DNA of 64,000 nt from Candidatus Bathyarchaeota archaeon (lineage in GTDB: Archaea; Thermoproteota; Bathyarchaeia; Bathyarchaeales; Bathycorpusculaceae): the NCBI GenBank assembly GCA_963768425.1, contig CAVYHV010000010.1, forward strand, positions 96,001 to 160,000, given 5' to 3'. Of the stretch, positions 22,794-31,579 are shown in pieces. A program made the position numbers and the translations under genes. Numbering within the stretch: the stretch's first letter is position 1; every line of letters begins with the position of its first letter. The notes beneath the pieces are model-generated. The model had not been told where the DNA came from and made no database searches. It saw nothing but the letters and a program-made list of their open reading frames with translations.

Positions 22794-23106
22794 AGAAACT
22801 TGGCATGAAATTTCCAGAAGCAAGATACATTGGTACCCAACGATAGATTATGAAAAATGCATCTCCTGCGGAAAATGCGTGGACTATTGCAAACTCGGAA
22901 CCTATGTGTTAGAAGAAAAAGAGGGGAAAAAGAAACCAGTTGTCAAAAAGCCTTACAATTGCGCGGTTCTATGCAATGGATGCGATGCAATATGCCCCGC
23001 TGGAGCCATAACTCACCCATCGAAAAAAGAAATAAGAGAGCTAATTCGAGAAATAAGAAAATCCTCAAAACAACAACAAAATGAAAAAGTGCAAGTTCAT
23101 GAATGA
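22786..23106 (+). CDS. 2x[4Fe-4S] ferredoxin
   Basis: WYPTIDYEKCISCGKCVDYC and CAVLCNGCDAICPAGAI. Confidence 0.9.
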   Translation: MTEETWHEISRSKIHWYPTIDYEKCISCGKCVDYCKLGTYVLEEKEGKKKPVVKKPYNCAVLCNGCDAICPAGAITHPSKKEIRELIREIRKSSKQQQNEKVQVHE

Positions 23107-23428
23107 AGGCCATGTTAGAATCAGAAGTTGGGAAGAATTCAAGCGCTTAGTAAGCGAAAAGAAGCCAACCTCAATTGTGTATATTCTTGAACAAAACGCC
23201 TTGTCACCTTACAAAGAACTAACCAGCCTAAGAATAATAATGCTACATGACAAACGATACTACATATTCTTAGACTTTCCCAAAGGCGAGGTGCTCAGAG
23301 AAACAGGAATTCCACTTCACAAAGACAAAAAAGGTATTTTAAACTTGGATGAAGACGAAGTCAAAGTCATCTTGAAGAAACAATTTGAGAAAGAGAAAAT
23401 AGAAGTTTTTTCTTTCTGGACCACATGA
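23099..23428 (+). CDS. Hypothetical protein in the ars operon
   Basis: Overlaps the ferredoxin stop. Its 5' end is also present in the remnant copy at 19581. Confidence 0.7.
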   Translation: MNEGHVRIRSWEEFKRLVSEKKPTSIVYILEQNALSPYKELTSLRIIMLHDKRYYIFLDFPKGEVLRETGIPLHKDKKGILNLDEDEVKVILKKQFEKEKIEVFSFWTT

Positions 23429-23499
23429 AAGGTGAAAAATGGCCTTCTCTATAGAGAATATATTGACTATGTTTTTATACTTCAAGAGAATCGTTTGGA

Positions 23500-24420
23500 A
23501 TGAGTCTTATGGCTAAAACTAAAGTCTTATTTTTGTGCACTCATAATTCGGCTAGATCTCAGATAGCTGAAGGACTGCTTAGACACCTATACGGCGATGA
23601 GTATGAGGTTTTTAGCGCTGGCACAAATCCCGCGCAAGTGAACCCCTTGGCCATCAAAGTTATGGCTGAGATAGGTGTAGATATTTCTGGGCAATATTCT
23701 AAAAACCTGGATGTTTTCAAAGACGTTGACATCGATGTAGTTGTTTCAGTCTGTCGTAGCGGATCAAGTTTACATTGTGAAATCTGTGCCTCACCGATAG
23801 TTATGGGCAGACCTGAATTGATTCGCTCAAGATTGCCTAAAGCTAAAGATTATTTGGATCATCCTTTTGATGACCCTTCCGAAGTGGAGGGAACTGAAGA
23901 AGAAAAACTTTCGGCTTTTCGTCGCACAAGGGATGAAATGAAAAAGTGGATTATCGAGAAGTTTGGTTACTTGAGCGAGCTTGCTTTGGAAAAAACCAAA
24001 GTCATTTTTCTATGCACAGGAAATTCGGCGCGAAGCCAAATGGCGGAAGCATTCCTAAGAAGATACGCAGGAAATAAATTTGAGGTTTACAGTGCTGGCT
24101 TTGAACCTCGACCGATCCACCCTTACACAGTTCAGGTGATGAGAGAACTTGGGTATGATCTAAGTGGTCAGTACTCAAAGGACTTGGCGCAGTATCTTGG
24201 GAAGGTACATTTTGGGATAGTTATAACGGTGTGTATAAAAGCGGAAGAGCAGTGCCCAACTATACCCGGAGTAGGCACAAGAATGTATTGGCCTTTCGAA
24301 GATCCCGCAGCGTTTCAAGGAACGGAAGAAGAAAAATTAGCTAAATTTCGAGAAATCCGAGACAAAATCAACGAAAAAACAAAAGCATGGCTGAAAGAAA
24401 GAGGCATCATAGAAAACTGA
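23500..24420 (+). CDS. arsC: Tandem two-domain arsenate reductase (LMW-PTP/thioredoxin type)
   Basis: Two P-loops, CTHNSARS and CTGNSARS, each followed by a F(D/E)DP motif. Confidence 0.9.
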   Translation: MSLMAKTKVLFLCTHNSARSQIAEGLLRHLYGDEYEVFSAGTNPAQVNPLAIKVMAEIGVDISGQYSKNLDVFKDVDIDVVVSVCRSGSSLHCEICASPIVMGRPELIRSRLPKAKDYLDHPFDDPSEVEGTEEEKLSAFRRTRDEMKKWIIEKFGYLSELALEKTKVIFLCTGNSARSQMAEAFLRRYAGNKFEVYSAGFEPRPIHPYTVQVMRELGYDLSGQYSKDLAQYLGKVHFGIVITVCIKAEEQCPTIPGVGTRMYWPFEDPAAFQGTEEEKLAKFREIRDKINEKTKAWLKERGIIEN

Positions 24421-24428
24421 TTGAGAGT

Positions 24429-25640
24429 TTATTGTTGGTCCAACCAGTTTCTGGAATTTACCACTGTTTTGCCTGCGAACTTTAATGTCAGTGCCCCTTC
24501 ATAGGGACATTCTTCAACGCATCGTGCACAAAGTATACATCTAGATTCAGTTACATTGCCACCTTTCTTCTCATACACGGCTGTGGCTTGAGTTGGACAA
24601 ACACGTTTACAAACTCCACACCTAGTACATTTTTGCTGGTTTTTGTTCAGACGCGTCATGGCTATTTGTTTGAAAGGTGTGAAAGTGCTGAATAATGCAG
24701 TTAAACCACCAAGTGGGCAAATTCTGCACCAGAACCGCCTGTAGGCCAAGGCTAAAATCGTGACGACACCTAAGACAGCTAAATTTATGGATGTAACGTA
24801 AAAGCCTGTTATCCATAAAGGTCCAGAGGCTATTTTTGAGATGTATGAAAACTTCATTTCGCCCAACGCACATTCAACTAATATACAAAGAGGTCTCATT
24901 GGACAAACTAAACAAAAAGGTTGCTCGAGGTTGCCGACATTGCCTGCCTGTCCTGTGGGTCCCGCGGGTGTGGTACCTGGAACAAGCTGGGTACCTAAAA
25001 TGGCGTACGAGCCAAAAATAACGCTAAGGACTAAAATAACCGCGATAATGATATACCGTGATTGTGAAATCGCTCCATTTGTTTTTTCAGAAAAATGCAA
25101 ATGCCGCAACCGCGCCGTTTTGCGAATTCGAGTTAGCACATCCATATAAAAGCCGAAAGGACAGAGCCAACCGCAGAAAAACCTTCCCAAAATTATGGAC
25201 GCGATTACCAGCAAAATTATAACTATGCCTATCCTTTCCAAACCGGAAGTAGAGTATATTGCCTCATAACCATTTGAAAAGTTCCAATATGGGAAAATGT
25301 AAGCTTGAAGTTGCCAGAGAGCACAAGTAACTGTCCGCCCATTGGAGTAATAACATGCTAAAACAGGAACAGAGAAACCATCCGGAAACTGGTTCTTCAA
25401 AAAACTGGCGCCGAGTAACAGACTGCGTGGTGAAGGTCCGATCGGCCACCATAATGGTGTGTCGAATGGACCCAATATGAGTCCCATAAATATTGCAATG
25501 ACAAAGTTTATTTGAATGAAAAGTCGTAACGAGCTAACTTTGGTTTTGTTTTTGGATAGTTTAAGGATAAGATAGATTCCAACAAGTATTATTGCAGCAA
25601 ATACGGGCAATGCGATGTTACTGGGGAGTTCCCAAGTCAT
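24429..25640 (-). CDS. NapH/MauN-type membrane 4Fe-4S protein
   Basis: GRFFCGWLCPFG, RFWCRICPLG and two CxxCxxCxxxCP motifs. Confidence 0.88.
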   Translation of the reverse strand: MTWELPSNIALPVFAAIILVGIYLILKLSKNKTKVSSLRLFIQINFVIAIFMGLILGPFDTPLWWPIGPSPRSLLLGASFLKNQFPDGFSVPVLACYYSNGRTVTCALWQLQAYIFPYWNFSNGYEAIYSTSGLERIGIVIILLVIASIILGRFFCGWLCPFGFYMDVLTRIRKTARLRHLHFSEKTNGAISQSRYIIIAVILVLSVIFGSYAILGTQLVPGTTPAGPTGQAGNVGNLEQPFCLVCPMRPLCILVECALGEMKFSYISKIASGPLWITGFYVTSINLAVLGVVTILALAYRRFWCRICPLGGLTALFSTFTPFKQIAMTRLNKNQQKCTRCGVCKRVCPTQATAVYEKKGGNVTESRCILCARCVEECPYEGALTLKFAGKTVVNSRNWLDQQ

Positions 25641-25665
25641 CTTTGTGTTTCTTCCAATTCTTTAT

Positions 25666-26910
25666 TTAATGCTCAATCTTCGCAATCAGCTTAAACTCTT
25701 TCAGCGACAGTTCTTTGCCTTTCAGTTTAACCAAGACAGCAACAACTACCACTATGGTTAGTGCAGTTGCTAATACGATCACTACTGAATGCTGCTGATA
25801 TAGGGGCAAGTTTGAATTCGACTCACCGTTTCCATCCGCACCAACAAATGCAGTGGCAGTTGCTGATGGCGTTAAGGTAGGTATTTGTGTTGACGTTTGA
25901 TGAATTGATGCCGGCGACTTACTGAGAATCGGATCCACATTTATCACCGAGACCGATGCGCTGTTTAAATTTGTAACATAGACATATGCGCTGTTTGGCG
26001 CCACAGCCACACCGTACGGAGCACTGCCAACAGTCAGTATCTTCGTTACCTTGTTGGTGGCTGTGCTAATCACAGAGACATTACCGCTGCCGTCATTTGC
26101 GACGTATGCATAGGCTCCGGTGGGCGTTACAGCCACACCTAAAGGCTCCCTTAAACCACCTATCCTCGCGGTCACCGCGTTTGTAGTCGTGTTTATCACC
26201 GACACTGAACCGCTGCCAGAATTTGCTACATATGCATAGCAGCCATTGGGAGTTACAGCCACACCAAAAGGACCACTCTCAACATCTACTGTCGTCGTGA
26301 CTTTGTTTGTAGCCGTATTTATTACCGAAACCGTAGCTGCGCCAAAATTTGTAACATAGACATATTCGTTGTCCGGCGTTATAGCCAAACTTTGAGGATT
26401 GCTTCCAACGGTTATCGTCGCCACCACAGTATTCGAAGATGTGCGTATCAGCGACACTGAATTGCTGCCAAAATTTGTAACATAGGCGTATGCGCCGTTA
26501 GGCGTTACAGCCACACCAAAAGGACCGTTTCCAACAGTTATTGTCTTCGTCACTTTGTTGGTAGCCGTGCTTATAACGGAAACCGAACCACTGCCCCCAT
26601 TTGTCACGTAAGCATAGTTGCCGTTAGGCGTTACAGCCACACCAAAAGGACCATTCCTATCGGCTATCGTCGCCATAACTTTGTTTGTTGCCGTGTTAAT
26701 AACCGAAACCGAACCGCCGCCATTTGTAACATATGCATAATCGCCATTAGGGGTTAAAGCCACATCAAAAGGCTCATTTAAACCGATTACCGTCGTTGTT
26801 ACCACCCGTGCCCGAACTGGTTGAGGCAATAATGCAAAAGCACAGAACAAGAAGAAGAGAACGAGTAGAACACAGCCAACTCTCAAAGTCTTTGTCGTCT
26901 CATGCTTCAT
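25666..26910 (-). CDS. YVTN/YncE beta-propeller surface protein
   Basis: Seven PFGVAVTPNG-YAYVTN-GS-SVSVI-TATNKV repeats, a signal peptide and a C-terminal TM. Confidence 0.92.
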   Translation of the reverse strand: MKHETTKTLRVGCVLLVLFFLFCAFALLPQPVRARVVTTTVIGLNEPFDVALTPNGDYAYVTNGGGSVSVINTATNKVMATIADRNGPFGVAVTPNGNYAYVTNGGSGSVSVISTATNKVTKTITVGNGPFGVAVTPNGAYAYVTNFGSNSVSLIRTSSNTVVATITVGSNPQSLAITPDNEYVYVTNFGAATVSVINTATNKVTTTVDVESGPFGVAVTPNGCYAYVANSGSGSVSVINTTTNAVTARIGGLREPLGVAVTPTGAYAYVANDGSGNVSVISTATNKVTKILTVGSAPYGVAVAPNSAYVYVTNLNSASVSVINVDPILSKSPASIHQTSTQIPTLTPSATATAFVGADGNGESNSNLPLYQQHSVVIVLATALTIVVVVAVLVKLKGKELSLKEFKLIAKIEH

Positions 26911-27346
26911 TCTTTCTTCTCACCAATCAAACCCTTTTTGCAAGACAAGTGGGTATGAAAAAGTTCTTGCAGTTAGCTTTGCCAAAAGAAATCAAAACTG
27001 CGTTAGAAAGAGAAATAATGCAAACAGTTGCTAGGACAGGTTTTTTCATGGGTTTTCCAATTTGCTATAAGATTACTAAAGGAATAAAAGATTATTCGTC
27101 AACGTTTCTTGACTAAACAAAACTTTTCTTAAGTCAAGATTTCTTGACTGCCCATTCACTCTGCTGCTCCCAACTACCCCTGGCTCCTCGCTCAATACCA
27201 GCCTCTTTACTCCTAACCTAATTGACAGAGGATTTGAGTTGACCCGAACCAAAAAAAAGTTCAATATGTGAAAAAATGTTGTAGCTTCTGGCAGTCACAT
27301 ATCGTTATTAGCTTATGATTAGTTTAGGGAATTATAGGTAAATATC

Positions 27347-27643
27347 ATGCAGTTTCTTGTAACATTTACTGTGAGAGAGTCAATCCTGTTGTCTGAAATA
27401 GCCAGTGTGCAAAACCGGGTTGGAGACACGGTACAAAAAATACTGAAAACAGGAAAAGTCAAAGAATCAGGACTCCTTATTGATGACCGAAAAGGGTTCT
27501 TTATAATCGAATCGGATTCCGCCGAAGAACTTTGGACCTGGTTAGCTCCTTTCTACGACGTTGCGAAACTAGACATACAGCCAATAGTATCCTTTGAGAG
27601 TCTGCCAAAAATCTTTGACGAACTACAAAAACTTCACTACTAG
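27347..27643 (+). CDS. Small dimeric alpha/beta-barrel protein (DUF3303/muconolactone isomerase-like)
   Basis: MQFLV...KGFFIIESDSAEEL...IQPIV pattern. Confidence 0.55.
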   Translation: MQFLVTFTVRESILLSEIASVQNRVGDTVQKILKTGKVKESGLLIDDRKGFFIIESDSAEELWTWLAPFYDVAKLDIQPIVSFESLPKIFDELQKLHY

Positions 27644-27722
27644 TAGCAAATCACAGAATAGTAATATCGCAGAAAAGTATAGATAGAGAACGAAATCATA
27701 GTAGGAAGGAAGCAACAGAGCC

Positions 27723-28115
27723 ATGGGTACGTTCCTGAGTAAAGAAAAGATTAAGATGCCTTCCTTTAGCTCAAAGTGGTTTGTAGGCGCCTTTGCGTTT
27801 TTAGTTGTTGTCGAGTTTTTGGATGGTTTGACAACTAAGATTGGCTTGGATTTAGGGCTTTTTGAAGTTGGAACGTATGCAAAGGTAATTTTAGGTAGCT
27901 ATGGTTTTTGGGGTTTGATGGTCTGGAAATACAGCATTGTGGCTGCTGTCGGGGCGTTGCTTTTCTTTTTCTATATTGCAGTGAAGAAGTATGCTCCAAC
28001 ACGGTTGAGGTACGTAAATATCATTCTAACTGTTGGCTGTTTAACGGCAGCTTTGGGTTCACTTCAGGTTGTGCTTAATAACATTGGGCAGATTCTGCTT
28101 GCCCTGCATCCTTAA
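27723..28115 (+). CDS. Small membrane protein (DUF5658-like)
   Basis: LDGLTTKIGL..G..E motif, TM helices and a terminal VVLNN. Confidence 0.55.
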   Translation: MGTFLSKEKIKMPSFSSKWFVGAFAFLVVVEFLDGLTTKIGLDLGLFEVGTYAKVILGSYGFWGLMVWKYSIVAAVGALLFFFYIAVKKYAPTRLRYVNIILTVGCLTAALGSLQVVLNNIGQILLALHP

Positions 28116-28252
28116 CCGTCTTAACACTTCTTATTCAAAAGCCACGGAATCTTACGTTCAAATACATTGTCTTTTCCAACAATAGGTTATCTTTCACAAG
28201 CATCCCATGATCTGGTTAAAAAAATTCACAGTTTAGGTTGTAGAGATACGAA

Positions 28253-29089
28253 TCAGGTGTTGAGCATATCCGGCAGCTTGACTTCGGGATGATGATACCT
28301 TTCATTATAAGAGACGATTTTGCCGCAGATTGCTTCTTGTGGGCACCAACTATAACAAGCAAGGCAAGTCTCGCAATGATGCTGCCAAACCGGTTTTTTG
28401 TCCAGTATCTTAATGTTATTGACTGGACAAACTCTTGAACATGTTCCACAGCCGTTGCAGTCCTTATTGGTTTGGAAGCTTTGGTCTGCCAAAGGTATGA
28501 GTTCTCTGAAGGATAGATGCAATGAAGAGTTTGAAAGCTTCCGGTACCTTCTATAAAACGCAGGTTTTATCAAGATAAACAATAGTGGCGCGAGGAATAT
28601 TTTGCGCAAGGGTCCACGTGTTTCGAATTTGCCTTTTTTGCGGTCAGCGACAAATTCGCTGATGACTTCAAGTTTCTTTTTCTGGTTAATGGACATTTTT
28701 TGTTGTTTTTCCACGTGAAGTTTCTTGTTGGTCATCTTCACTATGAACCCCGCAGCAAGTTCGCCGCCGCGAGATTTGATTGCCCTTCTCAGATTCTCGA
28801 TTGTGCTTCCAGGCATATCTCCACAAGTACAAACGGCAAAAATGTACTTTGAACCAATATTTGCCAGTTTGTCTACAAATCTGGTAACTATAAGCGGTAG
28901 CCCACAGTCGTTTGTTGCGTAAAAAACTGGAAAAACAATCCCAACCGCAGCAGCTGTGGGCTCTATGCTTTCTCTGTTTCCTACCGATTGCATGGATATG
29001 AGGTGCCCGCTGGTTTTTTCCACTAAATCTTTTGCAATCATCAGTGAATTTCCTGTTCCAGAGAAATAATAGATTTCAGTTTCAGTCAT
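28253..29089 (-). CDS. EFR1-family flavodoxin/ferredoxin fusion
   Basis: YYFSGTGNS, GIVFPVF, CNGCGTCSRVCP, CETCLACYSWCP and RYHHP. Confidence 0.9.
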   Translation of the reverse strand: MTETEIYYFSGTGNSLMIAKDLVEKTSGHLISMQSVGNRESIEPTAAAVGIVFPVFYATNDCGLPLIVTRFVDKLANIGSKYIFAVCTCGDMPGSTIENLRRAIKSRGGELAAGFIVKMTNKKLHVEKQQKMSINQKKKLEVISEFVADRKKGKFETRGPLRKIFLAPLLFILIKPAFYRRYRKLSNSSLHLSFRELIPLADQSFQTNKDCNGCGTCSRVCPVNNIKILDKKPVWQHHCETCLACYSWCPQEAICGKIVSYNERYHHPEVKLPDMLNT

Positions 29090-29510
29090 GAAATGGCGAC
29101 AGCATCCTTAATTGGCACATATTCAGTTTGTGTCTGATCACGGATTTTAATAAGTCTATGGCAATTGAAGCACTCTTCATTTATAGTAAGTGATGCAAAC
29201 GGAGACAACAACTAACTACTTCACAGAGGTTGGCTTTATGCAGGTGCAACTGTAACCTGTAATGGGTGGTTTTCTAAGCTCGGCATATCTCCTTTTAGCA
29301 GGCGATTGCTATGGGCGGGATATTAAAGATCCGTCTTTTCTCATTTTTGAGCAAAGAGCTGCCAGCCTCTAAACTTGTCTGGCTAGTTAAAGCCGACTTT
29401 TAGAAATTGAGATGGTTCCACCTTGAATTCCCACCTGATCCTCTGTGGAATCTGCACTCTTTCCCCTTCTGGAGCTTGCCGCTAAGGCTACCTTCTAGTT
29501 CCTGAGGATC

Positions 29511-30175
29511 GTCTAATTTTTTCAAAAATTGTCAAAAATTGTCATTTTTTGTCAAAATTTGTATCAACCTGCAAATGATTCAAGCTTCTCTACAAGAGAG
29601 CAACCCAAACCACAAACAAAAAAATTTTCCACGCCAAAAAACACAAATCACTATCCGCTCGCACTTTTTTTGGCGGTGAAGGACGGTAATGGACTTCTGT
29701 AGACTTTAAAGGACGGTAAAGGACGGTAGGCGACGGTAATGGACTTTAAAGGACGGATGCTGCAGATGATTCAAGCTTATCCACAAAAAAGCAACCCAAA
29801 ACACAATCAAAGAAATCTGCCGCCAAAAACGCCGAAAAAAACATTTTGGCAACACTTCTGCAGGCTTCTTCCTCCGCGACTTTTTGGGATGTTTTGGGAT
29901 GTTTTAAGATGTTTCGAGATGTTTTGGGATTTTTTGGGAGACCTGTTGCAGATGATCCAAGCCCCAAACCAGAAAAACAACCCATTTCACAAGAACAAAT
30001 TTCTTTCAAACTGCACTCTTTCCACTGGAGCCTGCCTCTAAAGGTTATCGATCGATTCTTCGAATTGTCAATTTGTGTCAAATCATGTCAAAATGTTTCA
30101 AATTGTGTCAAATAAAGTATCAACCTGCAGACGATTCAAGCTTCTCTAAAGCAACCCAAACCACAAACAAAAAAA
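29511..30175. repeat. Four-unit non-coding array: unit-specific 10-bp tandem repeats plus a conserved bipartite motif
   Basis: TGCARAYGATYCAAGC at 29570, 29761, 29947 and 30126. CAACCCAnnnCACAA at 29601, 29792, 29978 and 30152. Decamer runs at 29511-29560, 29671-29756, 29881-29940 and 30066-30113. Confidence 0.9.
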
Positions 30176-30522
30176 ATAAGCTGGAACTTTCACCTCGCAA
30201 GAACTTCAGCGGAAAGCAAGACTACCCGCCACTTTGAAAAACGTGAAGCATTTGGGGTTATTTTTGCGAGTTCCTAGTGTCCTGAGGTGCTGTATAGGAC
30301 GCGGTTGCCGCATTTTTTGCATTCGTAATACACTATTATTTTTTGGCTGTTGTGCACGGGCTCCATTTTTTCATAGCAGTCTGGGCAAAGAAGGGTTCGA
30401 CTACGCGGTTTCATAAAATCATACTCAGGTTTAATGGATATAACTCTTCTCACAAAGGCACAGGTTGATTAAGACCAAAAAAAGAAAAAAGATTGATATG
30501 GGAATAAGTGCTTTTCTGCGTT

Positions 30523-31173
30523 TTAAGTTTGGGTTTTGCTTGCTGAGCCTGTTGGCATTCCTGGGGGCAGATCTGGGAAGTTTTGGCTGACTCTTTGTTC
30601 TGCAACGGTTGCTGCTTCAGTTAGAATTTTTGCTGCGTCTTCGTTTACGTTGTCGAAGTTCAGTGACATTCCGGTGCTTGTTCCTGCTTCAAACATTAAG
30701 CCGCTTAGCATGTCGCCGATGCTGCCGAGTTCGCCTTCTGCTTCAGGTAAGACACCGCCAAGTCCCGTGCTGACGCTGCGGAGTACGCCGATGCATGGCC
30801 CAAGGGTTGCGACGACGTCGCCTAGTTCCGAAACAGTCTTTATGCGTAGTGAAATCTGGTCGAGTGCAAGACGCGCGTTCATGATGATTTTTCCCATCTT
30901 ACGTATTTCAGCGAGTTCAGTGGCGTAGATGTTGGCGTGAGGTGTGTCGTGATGTGTGTATGCGTCAACTAGTTTGGAGAATAGGGCTTTGTCTTTTTGT
31001 GTGAAGCGGTCGTTTGCCTGGTCGAGCTTGGCTATTTGCATGTCGAGTTTTCTCACGGCTAAGTCCAAGGCTGGTTTTAGCGCGGGTGGAGGAGTGATGG
31101 TGTTTCTTATTGTTGTTGACAGTGATTCTGTATCTCTTTTCTGTTCCCATTTTTTAGAAAAATTTTCAGACAT
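30523..31173 (-). CDS. cdvB: CdvB/Snf7 (ESCRT-III) family protein
   Basis: ANIYATELAEIRK, ARLALDQISLRIKTVSELGDVVATLGP, NEDAAKILTEA and FPDLP. Confidence 0.85.
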   Translation of the reverse strand: MSENFSKKWEQKRDTESLSTTIRNTITPPPALKPALDLAVRKLDMQIAKLDQANDRFTQKDKALFSKLVDAYTHHDTPHANIYATELAEIRKMGKIIMNARLALDQISLRIKTVSELGDVVATLGPCIGVLRSVSTGLGGVLPEAEGELGSIGDMLSGLMFEAGTSTGMSLNFDNVNEDAAKILTEAATVAEQRVSQNFPDLPPGMPTGSASKTQT

Positions 31174-31579
31174 GTTAACATCCTCTTGAATGTTCATGTA
31201 GCGAATGAGCATTTAATTGTTGCTAACATGCACATATATATGTGGAAACAAAAAACAGGTTTTTTCTACGAATTTCTAAATTGCGGCTTGTTGAAGCAGG
31301 TTAATTTGCAACTTTTAGCTCTGCAACTTGTATCCCACAAGGTTTTACCATATATGAGGTGATACCATAATGGTGCTACCGCAAAGAAAGTAAAGTTACG
31401 GCCTTCCGCAAAGATAGTTACCGACGACAAAGGCTCGCCACCACGAAGCAAAAAGAAAGAGTGAATTCCTAATAAGCAAGGACCTTACATGTTGAGTTTC
31501 TGTTTCCTTTTTGGGAAAATTGCGCTAAGGAAACCTTAAAATGATATATGTTTCCTATTTTAGCATGAATTAGCTTGCG

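Noticed and set aside
22786-23106. Ferredoxin as HgcB (mercury methylation), given the HgcC-like gene
   Set aside because: It lacks the C-terminal Cys pair typical of HgcB, and no hgcA cap-helix motif is present in the window.
25930-26790. Near-identical ~126-bp nucleotide repeats (also ~120 bp in 20050-21020)
   Set aside because: These are in-frame beta-propeller blade repeats of the YVTN and PQQ-like proteins. No reverse transcriptase suggests a diversity-generating retroelement.
29777-29785. Perfect bacterial DnaA box TTATCCACA
   Set aside because: Single copy in the variable 15-nt spacer of one unit, in an archaeal genome. Likely chance.
29739-30115. ORFs of 89-111 aa over the repeat array
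   Set aside because: They overlap in three frames on both strands, their sequence is dictated by 10-bp repeats (not a multiple of 3), and they show no recognisable motif.
29570-30141. CRISPR or TIGR-type array interpretation
   Set aside because: The period is ~185 bp with a 16-nt core, the intervening DNA is internally repetitive, no cas or Nop-domain gene is in the window, and no clean box C/D pair is present.
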